This document shows, in pieces, positions 39,452-48,812 of a stretch of DNA of 64,000 bases. The notes beneath the pieces are model-generated. The model ran no database searches. It worked only from the letters and a program-made list of their open reading frames with translations, and was not told the origin of the DNA. The translations under genes and the position numbers were made by a program. Within the stretch, counting starts at the first letter, position 1. Each line of letters begins with the position of its first letter. Location: NCBI GenBank assembly GCA_041572575.1, contig JBFFSH010000001.1, positions 11,341 to 75,340 of the forward strand, written 5' to 3'. The DNA is from Thermodesulfobacteriota bacterium (GTDB lineage Bacteria > Desulfobacterota_D > UBA1144 > Nemesobacterales > N074bin48).

Positions 39452-39898
39452 TTATTCCAAGTCCTCTAGTGTTTGTGCATCAAGAACATCTCTATCTCTT
39501 CCAGTCGATCTTTTATTCTTAATCAGATCACTCTTTGAAATAAAAGGAAGCAGTAATCCATCCAGAACTAAGTCGTGCTTACTCTTGTATGCGTCCTTAA
39601 AACTAACACCATCAATATCAGTTAAAACATCAATTCTCACAGGAGCAACACCTATCTGATATACAATATCTTTATTTGAAAAAGTCTCAGGTGTTATATC
39701 CTTAAGAGGGGCTCCAAAATCAGATAAAACCTTGTATAGCTTAACTGAATTTTCTGAAGAGTTCTCCACCCATATATCAAAATCACCAGTTGACCTTGTG
39801 TAACCATATGCGGCCATCGCATATGCACCCACAATAAGGAACTTAACCCGACTTTCTAATAAGCTTTTCAACATCTCTTTGTAATCTTTGTTCAACAT
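39452..39898 (-). CDS. Small nucleotidyltransferase-fold-like protein, function unknown.
   Basis: The N-terminus FLIVGAYAMAAYGYTRSTGDFDIWV resembles a minimal nucleotidyltransferase core (G-x...D-x-D). 148 aa. Confidence 0.45.
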   Translation of the reverse strand: MLNKDYKEMLKSLLESRVKFLIVGAYAMAAYGYTRSTGDFDIWVENSSENSVKLYKVLSDFGAPLKDITPETFSNKDIVYQIGVAPVRIDVLTDIDGVSFKDAYKSKHDLVLDGLLLPFISKSDLIKNKRSTGRDRDVLDAQTLEDLE

Positions 39899-40037
39899 TT
39901 TTCCTGTCTTTGAAATACCATACCTCTCTTGTTAGTTCCCACACCATTGATATTCTTTCTTGCGGAGACGCATCTACAAACCCACTATCATTATCTTTAA
40001 GTCGCTTGATAGCCTCAATATTTTTCTTTAGCCGCAT
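39843..40037 (-). CDS. Small ORF, 64 aa, overlapping the NTase-like gene start by 56 nt in a different frame.
   Basis: ORF track. It lies immediately upstream on the same strand. It could be a partner gene, or a frameshift remnant. Confidence 0.3.
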   Translation of the reverse strand: MRLKKNIEAIKRLKDNDSGFVDASPQERISMVWELTREVWYFKDRKNVEQRLQRDVEKLIRKSG

Positions 40038-40055
40038 TATATTATTATATCACAG

Positions 40056-40712
40056 TCAGAACAATTTTTTCACCCCAACCTTCCTACACATATCCTCCAT
40101 TTTACAGATATCACATTTTGGCCCGATAGGCTTGCATAGGTTTTGTCCATAGGCTACAAGTAGTGAGTTTATATCAATCCAATATCTCTTTGGAAGTTTT
40201 TCTCTGAGTGCAAACTCACTCTCATCAGGGGTTTTTGTTTTTATGTACCCCAGGCGGTTAAATATTCTGTGTACATGAGTATCCACGCATATTCCAGGTT
40301 TATTGTATCCTAGCGTAATTACCAGGTTTGCAGTCTTGCGCCCCACTCCTTTAAGTTTTAAAAGCTCATCAAGATCATCCGGGACCCTGGATTCATATTT
40401 ATCTATTAATTCTTTGCACACTTCTTTTATTGTTTTTGCCTTTACTCTGTAAAACCCTGCCGGATAAATTGCTTTTTCGATCTGCGGGATTTTGAGCTTG
40501 AGCATGTCCTTAGAATTGGATGCAAGTTTTAATAGTCTTACAGAAGCCTCTTCTGTTGTTTTGTCCTTTGTGCGAAGACTAATAATGGTTGAGATAAGGA
40601 CATTAAACGCCTTTTTTGATTTATCAGCTTCAACACTTACAAAAGGAGTCTTAAATCTTTTATACTCCTTTTTCAGGACTTTAACTACTTCATTAATATT
40701 TATATCTTCCAT
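40056..40712 (-). CDS. nth: Endonuclease III (HhH-GPD DNA glycosylase with a [4Fe-4S] cluster).
   Basis: HhH-GPD motif LKLKGVGRKTANLV and C-terminal CKPIGPKCDICKMEDMC. The ORF track extends to 40832, but the ATG at 40712 (MEDININEV) gives a standard length. Confidence 0.85.
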   Translation of the reverse strand: MEDININEVVKVLKKEYKRFKTPFVSVEADKSKKAFNVLISTIISLRTKDKTTEEASVRLLKLASNSKDMLKLKIPQIEKAIYPAGFYRVKAKTIKEVCKELIDKYESRVPDDLDELLKLKGVGRKTANLVITLGYNKPGICVDTHVHRIFNRLGYIKTKTPDESEFALREKLPKRYWIDINSLLVAYGQNLCKPIGPKCDICKMEDMCRKVGVKKLF

Positions 40713-40773
40713 TACCAACCCAGATTTGTTATTGTGTATTTTTATAAGATTATAAGTAATTATTAACACAGTT

Positions 40774-41991
40774 ATGGAATATCCAAAGCTAAGATTTGTA
40801 GATACTTTTCCAATTGAGCATGAAGGGGGCAAATATGTTTGCCTTAGAGACCCTCAGGACACAAATGGCAATATGCTCCTTGTAGCCCCTCAGGCAATCT
40901 ATGTTATTTCTTATTTCACAGGCAGTAACTCCATAGTGGACATTCAGCTAAAGATTCTAAAAGAGCACGGAGAATTAATTGAAAAAGACCATATCATACA
41001 GCTTGCTAAGCAGTTAGACGATGCGCTTCTTCTAGACAGTGACAAATATAGAGACCACCAGCTGCAGCTTGAAAATGACTTTAAAAAATCAAAGATTAGA
41101 GAAGCAAGTCATGCGGGTATGTCATATCCGAATGAAAAAGAAGAATTAACCAAATGGATCGACGGCTATTTTGATAATGGGTCAACCCCATCAAAAAATG
41201 GCAAAAATGCAGTAGGAATAATTTCACCCCATATAGATTTTAACCGAGGCGGCAGTTCCTATGCAAAGGCATATAAGGAGTTATTGGACAATGAGAAGTG
41301 TGAGACATTTATTATTTTTGGTACTTCCCATTACGCATCTGTAGATAACCCTTTTATCCTTACAAGGAAAAGCTTTAATACTCCTTTTGGTGAGGTTAAA
41401 GTGGATCTGGATTTGGTTAACAGCATTGATGATCATTGTGACTGGGATCTATATGAGGGCGAGATATTCCATAAATCAGAACATTCAATAGAATTTCAGG
41501 TGGTATTCCTGCAATATCTTTTTGGCAGCAAAAGGGATATCAAAATCCTGCCTATTCTATGCAACTCTTTTTATAGGTTCATTCAGGATGGAAGCTCTCC
41601 TGGAGATGACTACAAAACAGCCTCTTTTCTGGGTAGCATAAAAAATATAGTTAATAAGCTTGGAGATAAGGCAGTAGTCATAGCCGGAGCCGACCTGGCA
41701 CATATGGGAAACAAGTTTGGTGATGCTGAAGCTGTAAACGATAAGATACTCGAGTGGATAAAATCAAGGGATTACTTAAGTATACTGCACACTGAAAATC
41801 TGGATGCTGAAGCGTTTTACAGATCAGTTGAGCAAGAAAAAGACAAAAGGAAAATTTGCGGGCTTTCCCCGATATATTCATTGCTCTCGGTTATTAATGC
41901 AAAAGAAGGCAAGATGCTGGATTATGGTCAGGCGCTAGAGCCGGACACAGGCTCGGTGGTTACCTATACCAGCATGGGGTTTTACTCATAA
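40774..41991 (+). CDS. Memo-like protein (AmmeMemoRadiSam system protein B family) with an about 110-aa N-terminal extension.
   Basis: ASHAGMSYP...GIISPHIDFNRGG...IIFGTSHYA is Memo1/MEMO-family core. Confidence 0.7.
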   Translation: MEYPKLRFVDTFPIEHEGGKYVCLRDPQDTNGNMLLVAPQAIYVISYFTGSNSIVDIQLKILKEHGELIEKDHIIQLAKQLDDALLLDSDKYRDHQLQLENDFKKSKIREASHAGMSYPNEKEELTKWIDGYFDNGSTPSKNGKNAVGIISPHIDFNRGGSSYAKAYKELLDNEKCETFIIFGTSHYASVDNPFILTRKSFNTPFGEVKVDLDLVNSIDDHCDWDLYEGEIFHKSEHSIEFQVVFLQYLFGSKRDIKILPILCNSFYRFIQDGSSPGDDYKTASFLGSIKNIVNKLGDKAVVIAGADLAHMGNKFGDAEAVNDKILEWIKSRDYLSILHTENLDAEAFYRSVEQEKDKRKICGLSPIYSLLSVINAKEGKMLDYGQALEPDTGSVVTYTSMGFYS

Positions 41992-41992
41992 C

Positions 41993-42946
41993 ATGGCAAA
42001 CAAGTTTCCAATTTTTGATGCGCACGAAGATATTGCTTTTCACCTAAGCTACTTCAAAAGGGATTTTGTAGAGCCAAAAACCCCCTGCATGATTACTCTT
42101 CCGGGTCTTAAAAAAGGAAATATCAAATTTGTGTTAAACACCATATTTGTTCATCCAAAGCTAAGGCCTGAGAAAACGACCGAAAATGCAAATTTGCAGT
42201 TTCAGGTATATGAAAACATTTACAGGGATTTCGACTCTGAAATTATAAAAGTACAAAGCAAACAGGATATTGATACAGCCATATCTCAGGACAAGATTGG
42301 CTTTATAACACTAATGGAAGGTGCTGACCCTTTGCAAAAACCTCAGGACCTTTATGAATATTATGATAAGGGCTTAAGAGTAGTAGGACCTTCATGGAAT
42401 AATGCCAACCTGTTTGCATCCGGCCCGGCGACAGAGGATGGCCTCACAGAACAGGGTTATGAGCTTATAAATATAATGAATGAACTAAATATAACCCTTG
42501 ATCTGTCACACCTTAATCAGGAGTGTTTTTGGAACAGTCTGGAAAATTACAAGCACATCCCAATTGCCTCCCATTCCAATGCAAGAGCTCTAACAGATCA
42601 TCCAAGAAACCTTTACGATGAGCAATTAAAAGAAATTTCAGAAAGAGGCGGGGTGATTGGCATTGTACTTTACAACAGCTTTCTTAAAACTACAGATAAT
42701 ATTCCAACGCTGGAAGATATATATAAACATATAGATCATATTTTAAATATCTGTGGAGAAGATCATGTAGGTATAGGAAGCGACCTGGACGGAGCAGAGA
42801 TAAAAGACTTTCCTGAGGATATAAGAGCTATAGAAAATCTGCAAAAAATCCCGGAGTATTTGTATGAAAAAGGTTATTCTAAAGATCTAGTAAGGAAAAT
42901 TTCATATGATAATTTCCTAAGAGTTATAAAAAGTAACCTGAGATAA
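41993..42946 (+). CDS. Membrane dipeptidase (peptidase family M19).
   Basis: FDAHEDIAF start and a His/Asp/Glu metal ligand pattern. 2-nt gap from the upstream gene. Confidence 0.75.
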   Translation: MANKFPIFDAHEDIAFHLSYFKRDFVEPKTPCMITLPGLKKGNIKFVLNTIFVHPKLRPEKTTENANLQFQVYENIYRDFDSEIIKVQSKQDIDTAISQDKIGFITLMEGADPLQKPQDLYEYYDKGLRVVGPSWNNANLFASGPATEDGLTEQGYELINIMNELNITLDLSHLNQECFWNSLENYKHIPIASHSNARALTDHPRNLYDEQLKEISERGGVIGIVLYNSFLKTTDNIPTLEDIYKHIDHILNICGEDHVGIGSDLDGAEIKDFPEDIRAIENLQKIPEYLYEKGYSKDLVRKISYDNFLRVIKSNLR

Positions 42947-42948
42947 AA

Positions 42949-42978
42949 AAAAGCCCGAAGCATAATCTCCGGGCTTTT
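42949..42978 (+). terminator. Rho-independent terminator after the dipeptidase gene.
   Basis: AAAAGCCCG-aagcataatctc-CGGGCTTTT hairpin immediately after the TAA stop. Confidence 0.55.
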
Positions 42979-43061
42979 GGAGGAGGATGGAAACGTAATA
43001 ACTATTTTATTAAATTGTCTATACCTATTTAGATAACGATCAATACAAAGAGATTCAAATC

Positions 43062-44057
43062 ATGAAAATTAAAGTTGGAATTCTTGGAGCTACTGGATAT
43101 ACAGGGGCTGAGTTAATAAGATTACTTACCGCTCACCCAAATACAGAGATTAAATGGCTAACCTCTGAGAGTTTTACAGGACAGAAAATATGTGAAGTTT
43201 TTCCGACATTTAGAAACATTGTTGATCTAAAATGCAAATCAGTAAGAGAAATTGAAGAACTTAAAAAAGTTGATTTGGTATTTTCCTGCCTTCCAAAAGG
43301 TTCGTCCAGCCACTTTTCCAGGTTGTTTTTAGATAAAGGAGCAAAATTTATAGATTTTAGCTCTGACTTAAGATTTAATAAATCCCCAAAAGGCACAAAA
43401 GCTATATATGGCCTGCCCGAACTATTTAGAAATAAGATCAAAAAAACGTATCTTCTTGCTAACCCCGGCTGCTATGCAACTGCAGCATCTCTGGGTCTTG
43501 CTCCACTTATTAACAATAAACTCATAAAAACAGACTCAATAACGATAGATTCCAAGGCAGGACTTTCAGGCGGCGGCAGAGCGCCTGTTGTTTCCAGACA
43601 ATTTTCAGAGGCAAATGATGCGATCTCTGTAGACTCTATATCAGATCATAACCAAAAAACAGAAATAGAAGAGCTTATAAGAAATAGGTACAAAACTAAC
43701 TCAAATCTAATATTCTCGACCTATAATGTTAACATAGACCGCGGTATTTTAACCACCATATCAGCCAAATTAGATGAGTCTGTTACTAAAGAAAAATTGC
43801 ATTCTATATATATGGATTTTTATAAAAACGAGAGGTTTATAAGAATAATAGAAAATGAAGATGCTGTTAGTACTAAAAACATCAGGTTTACTAATTACTG
43901 TGATATTGGTGTAAATATACAGGACAGACATGTAGTATGTGTCACTGCTCTGGACAACCTTGGCAAAGGAGCCTCCGGGCAGGCTGTACAGAATATGAAC
44001 CTGATGTTTAATCTTGATGAATCTGCAGGTTTACTAAATTCAGGTTTATTGCCGTAG
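43062..44057 (+). CDS. argC: N-acetyl-gamma-glutamyl-phosphate reductase family protein (ArgC/LysY-like).
   Basis: N-terminal NAD(P) binding VGILGATGYTGAELIRLL. Catalytic-Cys motif LANPGCYATA. Confidence 0.75.
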   Translation: MKIKVGILGATGYTGAELIRLLTAHPNTEIKWLTSESFTGQKICEVFPTFRNIVDLKCKSVREIEELKKVDLVFSCLPKGSSSHFSRLFLDKGAKFIDFSSDLRFNKSPKGTKAIYGLPELFRNKIKKTYLLANPGCYATAASLGLAPLINNKLIKTDSITIDSKAGLSGGGRAPVVSRQFSEANDAISVDSISDHNQKTEIEELIRNRYKTNSNLIFSTYNVNIDRGILTTISAKLDESVTKEKLHSIYMDFYKNERFIRIIENEDAVSTKNIRFTNYCDIGVNIQDRHVVCVTALDNLGKGASGQAVQNMNLMFNLDESAGLLNSGLLP

Positions 44058-44063
44058 GAATAA

Positions 44064-45533
44064 ATGAATAATTTTTTTGAAATACTTGATAAGTATAAGT
44101 CACTACAAAAATCTGCGCTTATCGAAGAATCTAAAAGCATAAGCTACGAGGAATTATTTAACCTATGCACAAGCCTCTCATCATTTTTATGTAAAAATCA
44201 AATTCATAAAGGTGAGCGGGTTGCCATCTTTATTCCAAATTCCATAGAATTTGCAGTAAGCTTTTTCTCATGTTTAAACCTGGGTGCAGTTGCTGTTCCT
44301 ATAAACCCAAAATTTAAAAAATATGAAATTGAGTACTTTATTAATGACTCCGAGCCAAAACTAATTATTACATCCGATATACTTAAAACATTATTGCTAA
44401 CAGTTAATAAAGAACTGAAGAGCAGAACAATCTCTATTAGTGGTAAAAATCCTGATTTTAATTTACATGAGCTAATATGTTCTGATCGTATTTTAAACCC
44501 TAATTCAACTAGTGAAACGGATAAAGCAGTTTATCTATACTCGACTGGATCTACAGGTAATCCAAAAAGAGTTACAAGAACCCATAAAAATCTGATTACT
44601 CTTGCTAACAACCACAGTGAAACCGTGGGGTTGGATGAATCGGAAAAAATATTGTTTACCCTGCCAATTTCTCATACATATGCCCTTGGCAACTTCATTT
44701 CTGCAATAAAATCCGGTATGACCTGTTATTTACTTGAAGATTTTAACAGGAAAAAAGTAACAGAGATTATTATTAAACAGCAGATAACAATTTATCCTTG
44801 CGTTCCCTTTATACTAGATATCCTGGCTGAATCAAATATTGATCCTGACACATTTAAGAGTCTTAAGCTTGTAATATCCGCAGGCGCTGCGCTTTCTAAA
44901 GAGATATTTGATAAGTTTTCCAATAAATTTGCAAAACATCCAAGACAGCTCTACGGATCTTCAGAAACAGGGGTTATTTCTATAAATCTAAGCAGCAATA
45001 TAGAAAACACATCCGATTCTGTGGGAAGACCCGTAAAAGGGGTTACAGTTAAAATAGTAACCGATGAAGGCAAGGAAGCAGATACCGGAGAATTGGGTGA
45101 AATAATTGTAAAGAGTGAAACAATGACTAACGGATATGATAATATGCCTCAGGAAACCAAAGAGGTTTTTAAAGATGGGTTTTATTATACAGGCGATCTT
45201 GGCTATATGGACAATGACGGAATGATCTATATTAAGGGTCGCAAGAAGCTTATGATAAATATAAGCGGTAATAAAGTCGATCCTGTTGAAATTGAAAATA
45301 TTTTAACTTCACATCCGAAAATACATGAATCCGCTGTAGTAGGAATTACGGATCAAAACAGCACCGAAATAGTAAAGGCTTTTATTGTTTGTGATGAAAA
45401 TATTGAAAGGAAAGATATAATCCAATATCTAATGAATCAGGTTTCAGATTATAAAATACCAAAACTAATAGAATTTGTTCAGTCCATTCCAAAAAGCCCT
45501 ACTGGAAAAATCCTAAGGAACAAACTCAAATAA
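44064..45533 (+). CDS. AMP-dependent synthetase/ligase (adenylate-forming enzyme: acyl-CoA or acyl-carrier ligase).
   Basis: AMP-binding motif LYSTGSTGNPKRV. 6-nt gap after argC-like. Confidence 0.8.
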   Translation: MNNFFEILDKYKSLQKSALIEESKSISYEELFNLCTSLSSFLCKNQIHKGERVAIFIPNSIEFAVSFFSCLNLGAVAVPINPKFKKYEIEYFINDSEPKLIITSDILKTLLLTVNKELKSRTISISGKNPDFNLHELICSDRILNPNSTSETDKAVYLYSTGSTGNPKRVTRTHKNLITLANNHSETVGLDESEKILFTLPISHTYALGNFISAIKSGMTCYLLEDFNRKKVTEIIIKQQITIYPCVPFILDILAESNIDPDTFKSLKLVISAGAALSKEIFDKFSNKFAKHPRQLYGSSETGVISINLSSNIENTSDSVGRPVKGVTVKIVTDEGKEADTGELGEIIVKSETMTNGYDNMPQETKEVFKDGFYYTGDLGYMDNDGMIYIKGRKKLMINISGNKVDPVEIENILTSHPKIHESAVVGITDQNSTEIVKAFIVCDENIERKDIIQYLMNQVSDYKIPKLIEFVQSIPKSPTGKILRNKLK

Positions 45534-45536
45534 ACA

Positions 45537-45788
45537 ATGAGTGAGCAATTAAAACTAAATATTAAAGAAATAATAATAAACAAATTCAATCTTGGCATTG
45601 ATGTCGTCGATTTCGATGAACAAAAGCCCTTTATAGAGTATGGAGTAGGAATTGATTCTGTTGCTAATTTAGAACTTATACTCCAAATTGAAAAGAACCT
45701 TAAGATCAATATAGATGAAGCGCAGGTTAATAGTGAAATACTGTTTAATTTTAAAACTCTTTATAAATTTCTAAGAGATCAGATATGA
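45537..45788 (+). CDS. Acyl or peptidyl carrier protein (phosphopantetheine attachment site).
   Basis: 83 aa with the GIDSV motif around the conserved Ser. 3-nt gap after the ligase. Confidence 0.65.
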   Translation: MSEQLKLNIKEIIINKFNLGIDVVDFDEQKPFIEYGVGIDSVANLELILQIEKNLKINIDEAQVNSEILFNFKTLYKFLRDQI

Positions 45789-45791
45789 CAA

Positions 45792-46520
45792 CTATTTAGC
45801 ATTCTCTTTGGTATTTTTGGTCTCTAGATAACTTGAAAGTGAATCCAGAAACTGTATCCGTATCATTTCTGTGGCCTTTGCAATAGGTTTAATGACCACG
45901 CTGTCATAAACTTCTGAAGCAGTTTCTTCTAATTTGGTATCACCTGCTGTCCTTGCCAGTCTCAGTACTCCTACAGAGTTATAAAACGTAGATTTGGATA
46001 TCGCCTTCTTTGCATCATTAATTCTGAATTCTTCTAAAGCTTTTTGCGCCTCGAGAAGAGAATAAAATCCGACTCCGAAGAACAGGCATAGTATTCTCTT
46101 TACCTCTTCAGCAGACATTACCTCCATTACATTTACCAGTGGAGCTTCCACTATTGCTTCAAGCTGCCTGGTATCACTACCTATAATATTTGCAAGATGC
46201 TTTATCTTATCTTCATCTGCATCTTTCAGAAGACCATTTATGGCGTCTTTAACAAATTCATGGGCAAAGTTATCTCTTATCTCTTCAAGCGACAGGCCCT
46301 CCGATTTAAGAGCTTTAATGTACGCAAGCTTATCCACGGTGTAATCGGGGAAAAACAGGGTTGTAGTCCTGCCCTTATCGTCCTTCACCTTTCTTCTTTT
46401 AGGCTTTGGTATAAGACCTAGTTTTACGCAGGACTTTATAGTCTTTTCAGGATCAGCTCCAAGATTAACATTTTTAACTTTTGAAAATTCAATCAGATCG
46501 GACATAGAAAGATCGGTCAT
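45792..46520 (-). CDS. Hypothetical protein with a possible MerR-like N-terminal HTH.
   Basis: The N-terminal segment loosely resembles a MerR HTH. Weak. Confidence 0.35.
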   Translation of the reverse strand: MTDLSMSDLIEFSKVKNVNLGADPEKTIKSCVKLGLIPKPKRRKVKDDKGRTTTLFFPDYTVDKLAYIKALKSEGLSLEEIRDNFAHEFVKDAINGLLKDADEDKIKHLANIIGSDTRQLEAIVEAPLVNVMEVMSAEEVKRILCLFFGVGFYSLLEAQKALEEFRINDAKKAISKSTFYNSVGVLRLARTAGDTKLEETASEVYDSVVIKPIAKATEMIRIQFLDSLSSYLETKNTKENAK

Positions 46521-46673
46521 ATTCCGATATTAAGGTATTTTGTATGTTTTTGTCAATACAGTAATTTGTTTTTATATTAAATTAGTAAAATAGTTTTAAT
46601 ACTGTATTTTCTTAAAGCAAAATTTGCTAATGATAACGGCAGGTTAAAATTTGAAGGGGTTTGGCAGCGTTTA

Positions 46674-47285
46674 ATGGACATTTTAAAAGATCATAGAATA
46701 GTAGCCGTGATTAGAGCCGAAAATATAGATGAGGCAATGCTTAAGGCAGATGCCTGTATTTCGGGTGGAATAAAAGCGATAGAAATCACTTTTTCCTTTG
46801 ATCAGTGCTGCAGGGCAATTAACAAGATAAAAGAAAATAGCGATATTGTTGTAGGAGCGGGGACAGTGCTTACTGTGGATAATGCTAAGCGCGCAGTAGA
46901 ACACGGTGCTGATTTTATAGTTTCTCCCCATACCTGTAAAAATATTATAGAATTTACGAAAAAAGAGAATAAGGTAGTAATATCGGGAGCTTCTACATCA
47001 AATGAAATAGTTACTGCTCATAGTATAGGTGCAGATATGGTAAAAATATTTCCTGCCAATTTAATTGGCGGCCCAGGATATGTAAAAGCTATCAAGGAAC
47101 CTCTTCCATTTGCAAAGATATTTGTTACAGGTGGTATAAATCTGCAAAATTGCAGTGATTACATAACCTCCGGAGCATCTTTAATAGGAGTTGCAAGCGC
47201 ATTATTTACTCACAACTCACAAACACCGGGAAAAAAGATAACTGAAAATGCTCAGAAATTTGTTGAAAAAGTACATAATATTTGA
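46674..47285 (+). CDS. eda: 2-dehydro-3-deoxyphosphogluconate or 4-hydroxy-2-oxoglutarate aldolase.
   Basis: MDILKDHRIVAVIRAENIDEAMLKADACISGGIKAIEITF. 203 aa TIM-barrel aldolase. Confidence 0.85.
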   Translation: MDILKDHRIVAVIRAENIDEAMLKADACISGGIKAIEITFSFDQCCRAINKIKENSDIVVGAGTVLTVDNAKRAVEHGADFIVSPHTCKNIIEFTKKENKVVISGASTSNEIVTAHSIGADMVKIFPANLIGGPGYVKAIKEPLPFAKIFVTGGINLQNCSDYITSGASLIGVASALFTHNSQTPGKKITENAQKFVEKVHNI

Positions 47286-47326
47286 TACAAGATAGATAAT
47301 ACTTCTAAAACTAATATACCCAACTC

Positions 47327-48796
47327 ATGAATATTCTTTTTATTACATCGGAGTTCGATCCACTTACTAATATAGGAGGTCTTGGTGAAGTTACATCGTC
47401 ACTTTCCAAAGAACTGCAGGGTCTTGGATGCAATGTAAAGATAGTTCTGCCTTATTACAAAGCAGTAAAATCTAATCTGCAAAATCTAAAAATTAAGCCA
47501 AAATCTATTAACAAAACAATTACTACCTGTATTGACTGGCTTGCTGTATCGGCAAAAGTTAAAGAGGTTGAAGTAAATGGTATCACTTGTTATTTGATTG
47601 ATAATAAAGATTATTTTGATAGAAACTACATATACAGCGCATATGGATACGAGCTGGGAGATGATGACCTCAGATTTGGATTTTTCTCACTTTGTGCACT
47701 GCAGCTTGCAAAATCTCTAAATTTTCAGCCAAACATAATCCACTGCCATGACTGGCAGACAGCTTTTGTTCCTTTGTTCCTAAAGTACCGCAAACATTTA
47801 AAAGATGATCCGTTCTATAAATCATCCAAGGTCTTATTCACAATTCACAACCTTTACTATCAGGGGGAGTTCAGAGAGGAGCTACTGGAAACTTTTGGTC
47901 TTCCAGACTACTTGTTTACTAACCAAAACATAGAATTAAAAGGCAAGGTCAATCTGCTAAAAGCAGCAATACTTTTTTCAGATCAGATTACAACTGTTAG
48001 TGAAACTTATGCAAAGGAAATAATAAATCCCGAGTTTGGATTTGGACTGGACAGGGTTCTTAGAAGAGCTTCCCAGGACTCCAATAAAATGCATGGGATC
48101 TTAAATGGGATAGATTACAACCTTCACAATCCCAATTATGATAAAGAGATTTATAAGAATTATGGTTTGGACTCATTGGAAAATAAACAATACAACAAGA
48201 CTAAGCTCAAAGAAGAATTTGGTCTTGATACCAGTGAGGATAAACCATTAATTGCCGTTATATCCAAGCTTACAGATCAAAGAGGCATACAGTTAATAAT
48301 TGACTCATTTTCACAGATTATAGACCTGGGATATCAGCTATTTATTCTTGGAGTGGGTGATTCAAAATATCATAAAGCGCTCTCACATAAAACAAAGAAA
48401 TATAAGGGGAATTACTGTCTGATACTAAAGCAGGATGATCATACAGCAGCAAAGATCTATGCAGGAGCCGACATGATATTGATGCCTTCGAAGTTTGAAC
48501 CCTGTGGACTTGGGCAAATGATTGCGCTTAGATATGGAACTATCCCAGTTGTAAGATCCACCGGAGGTTTAGTGGATACAGTACGTGATTATAGTGAAAG
48601 CAACAAGCCAACAGGTTTTACATTTAAGCAGTTCACAAAGGTAAACCTGCTGGATACCCTCATAAAGGCAATCACAGTTTATGAGCACAAAAATGAATGG
48701 GAAAAGATTATTAAGAACGCCATGAAAGAAGATTATTCATGGAAGGTATCAGCCAAAAAATATTTAGATCTTTATGAAAAAACAATAAAGAATTAA
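47327..48796 (+). CDS. glgA: Glycogen synthase (ADP-glucose type, GT5).
   Basis: MNILFITSEFDPLTNIGGLGEV start. 489 aa. Confidence 0.85.
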   Translation: MNILFITSEFDPLTNIGGLGEVTSSLSKELQGLGCNVKIVLPYYKAVKSNLQNLKIKPKSINKTITTCIDWLAVSAKVKEVEVNGITCYLIDNKDYFDRNYIYSAYGYELGDDDLRFGFFSLCALQLAKSLNFQPNIIHCHDWQTAFVPLFLKYRKHLKDDPFYKSSKVLFTIHNLYYQGEFREELLETFGLPDYLFTNQNIELKGKVNLLKAAILFSDQITTVSETYAKEIINPEFGFGLDRVLRRASQDSNKMHGILNGIDYNLHNPNYDKEIYKNYGLDSLENKQYNKTKLKEEFGLDTSEDKPLIAVISKLTDQRGIQLIIDSFSQIIDLGYQLFILGVGDSKYHKALSHKTKKYKGNYCLILKQDDHTAAKIYAGADMILMPSKFEPCGLGQMIALRYGTIPVVRSTGGLVDTVRDYSESNKPTGFTFKQFTKVNLLDTLIKAITVYEHKNEWEKIIKNAMKEDYSWKVSAKKYLDLYEKTIKN

Positions 48797-48812
48797 ATTC
48801 TATGATTCTAAA

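Noticed and set aside
40713-40832. N-terminal 40-aa extension of endonuclease III in the ORF track
   Set aside because: The extension is hydrophobic and non-conserved. The Met at 40712 gives the standard Nth length and leaves a 61-bp divergent promoter region.
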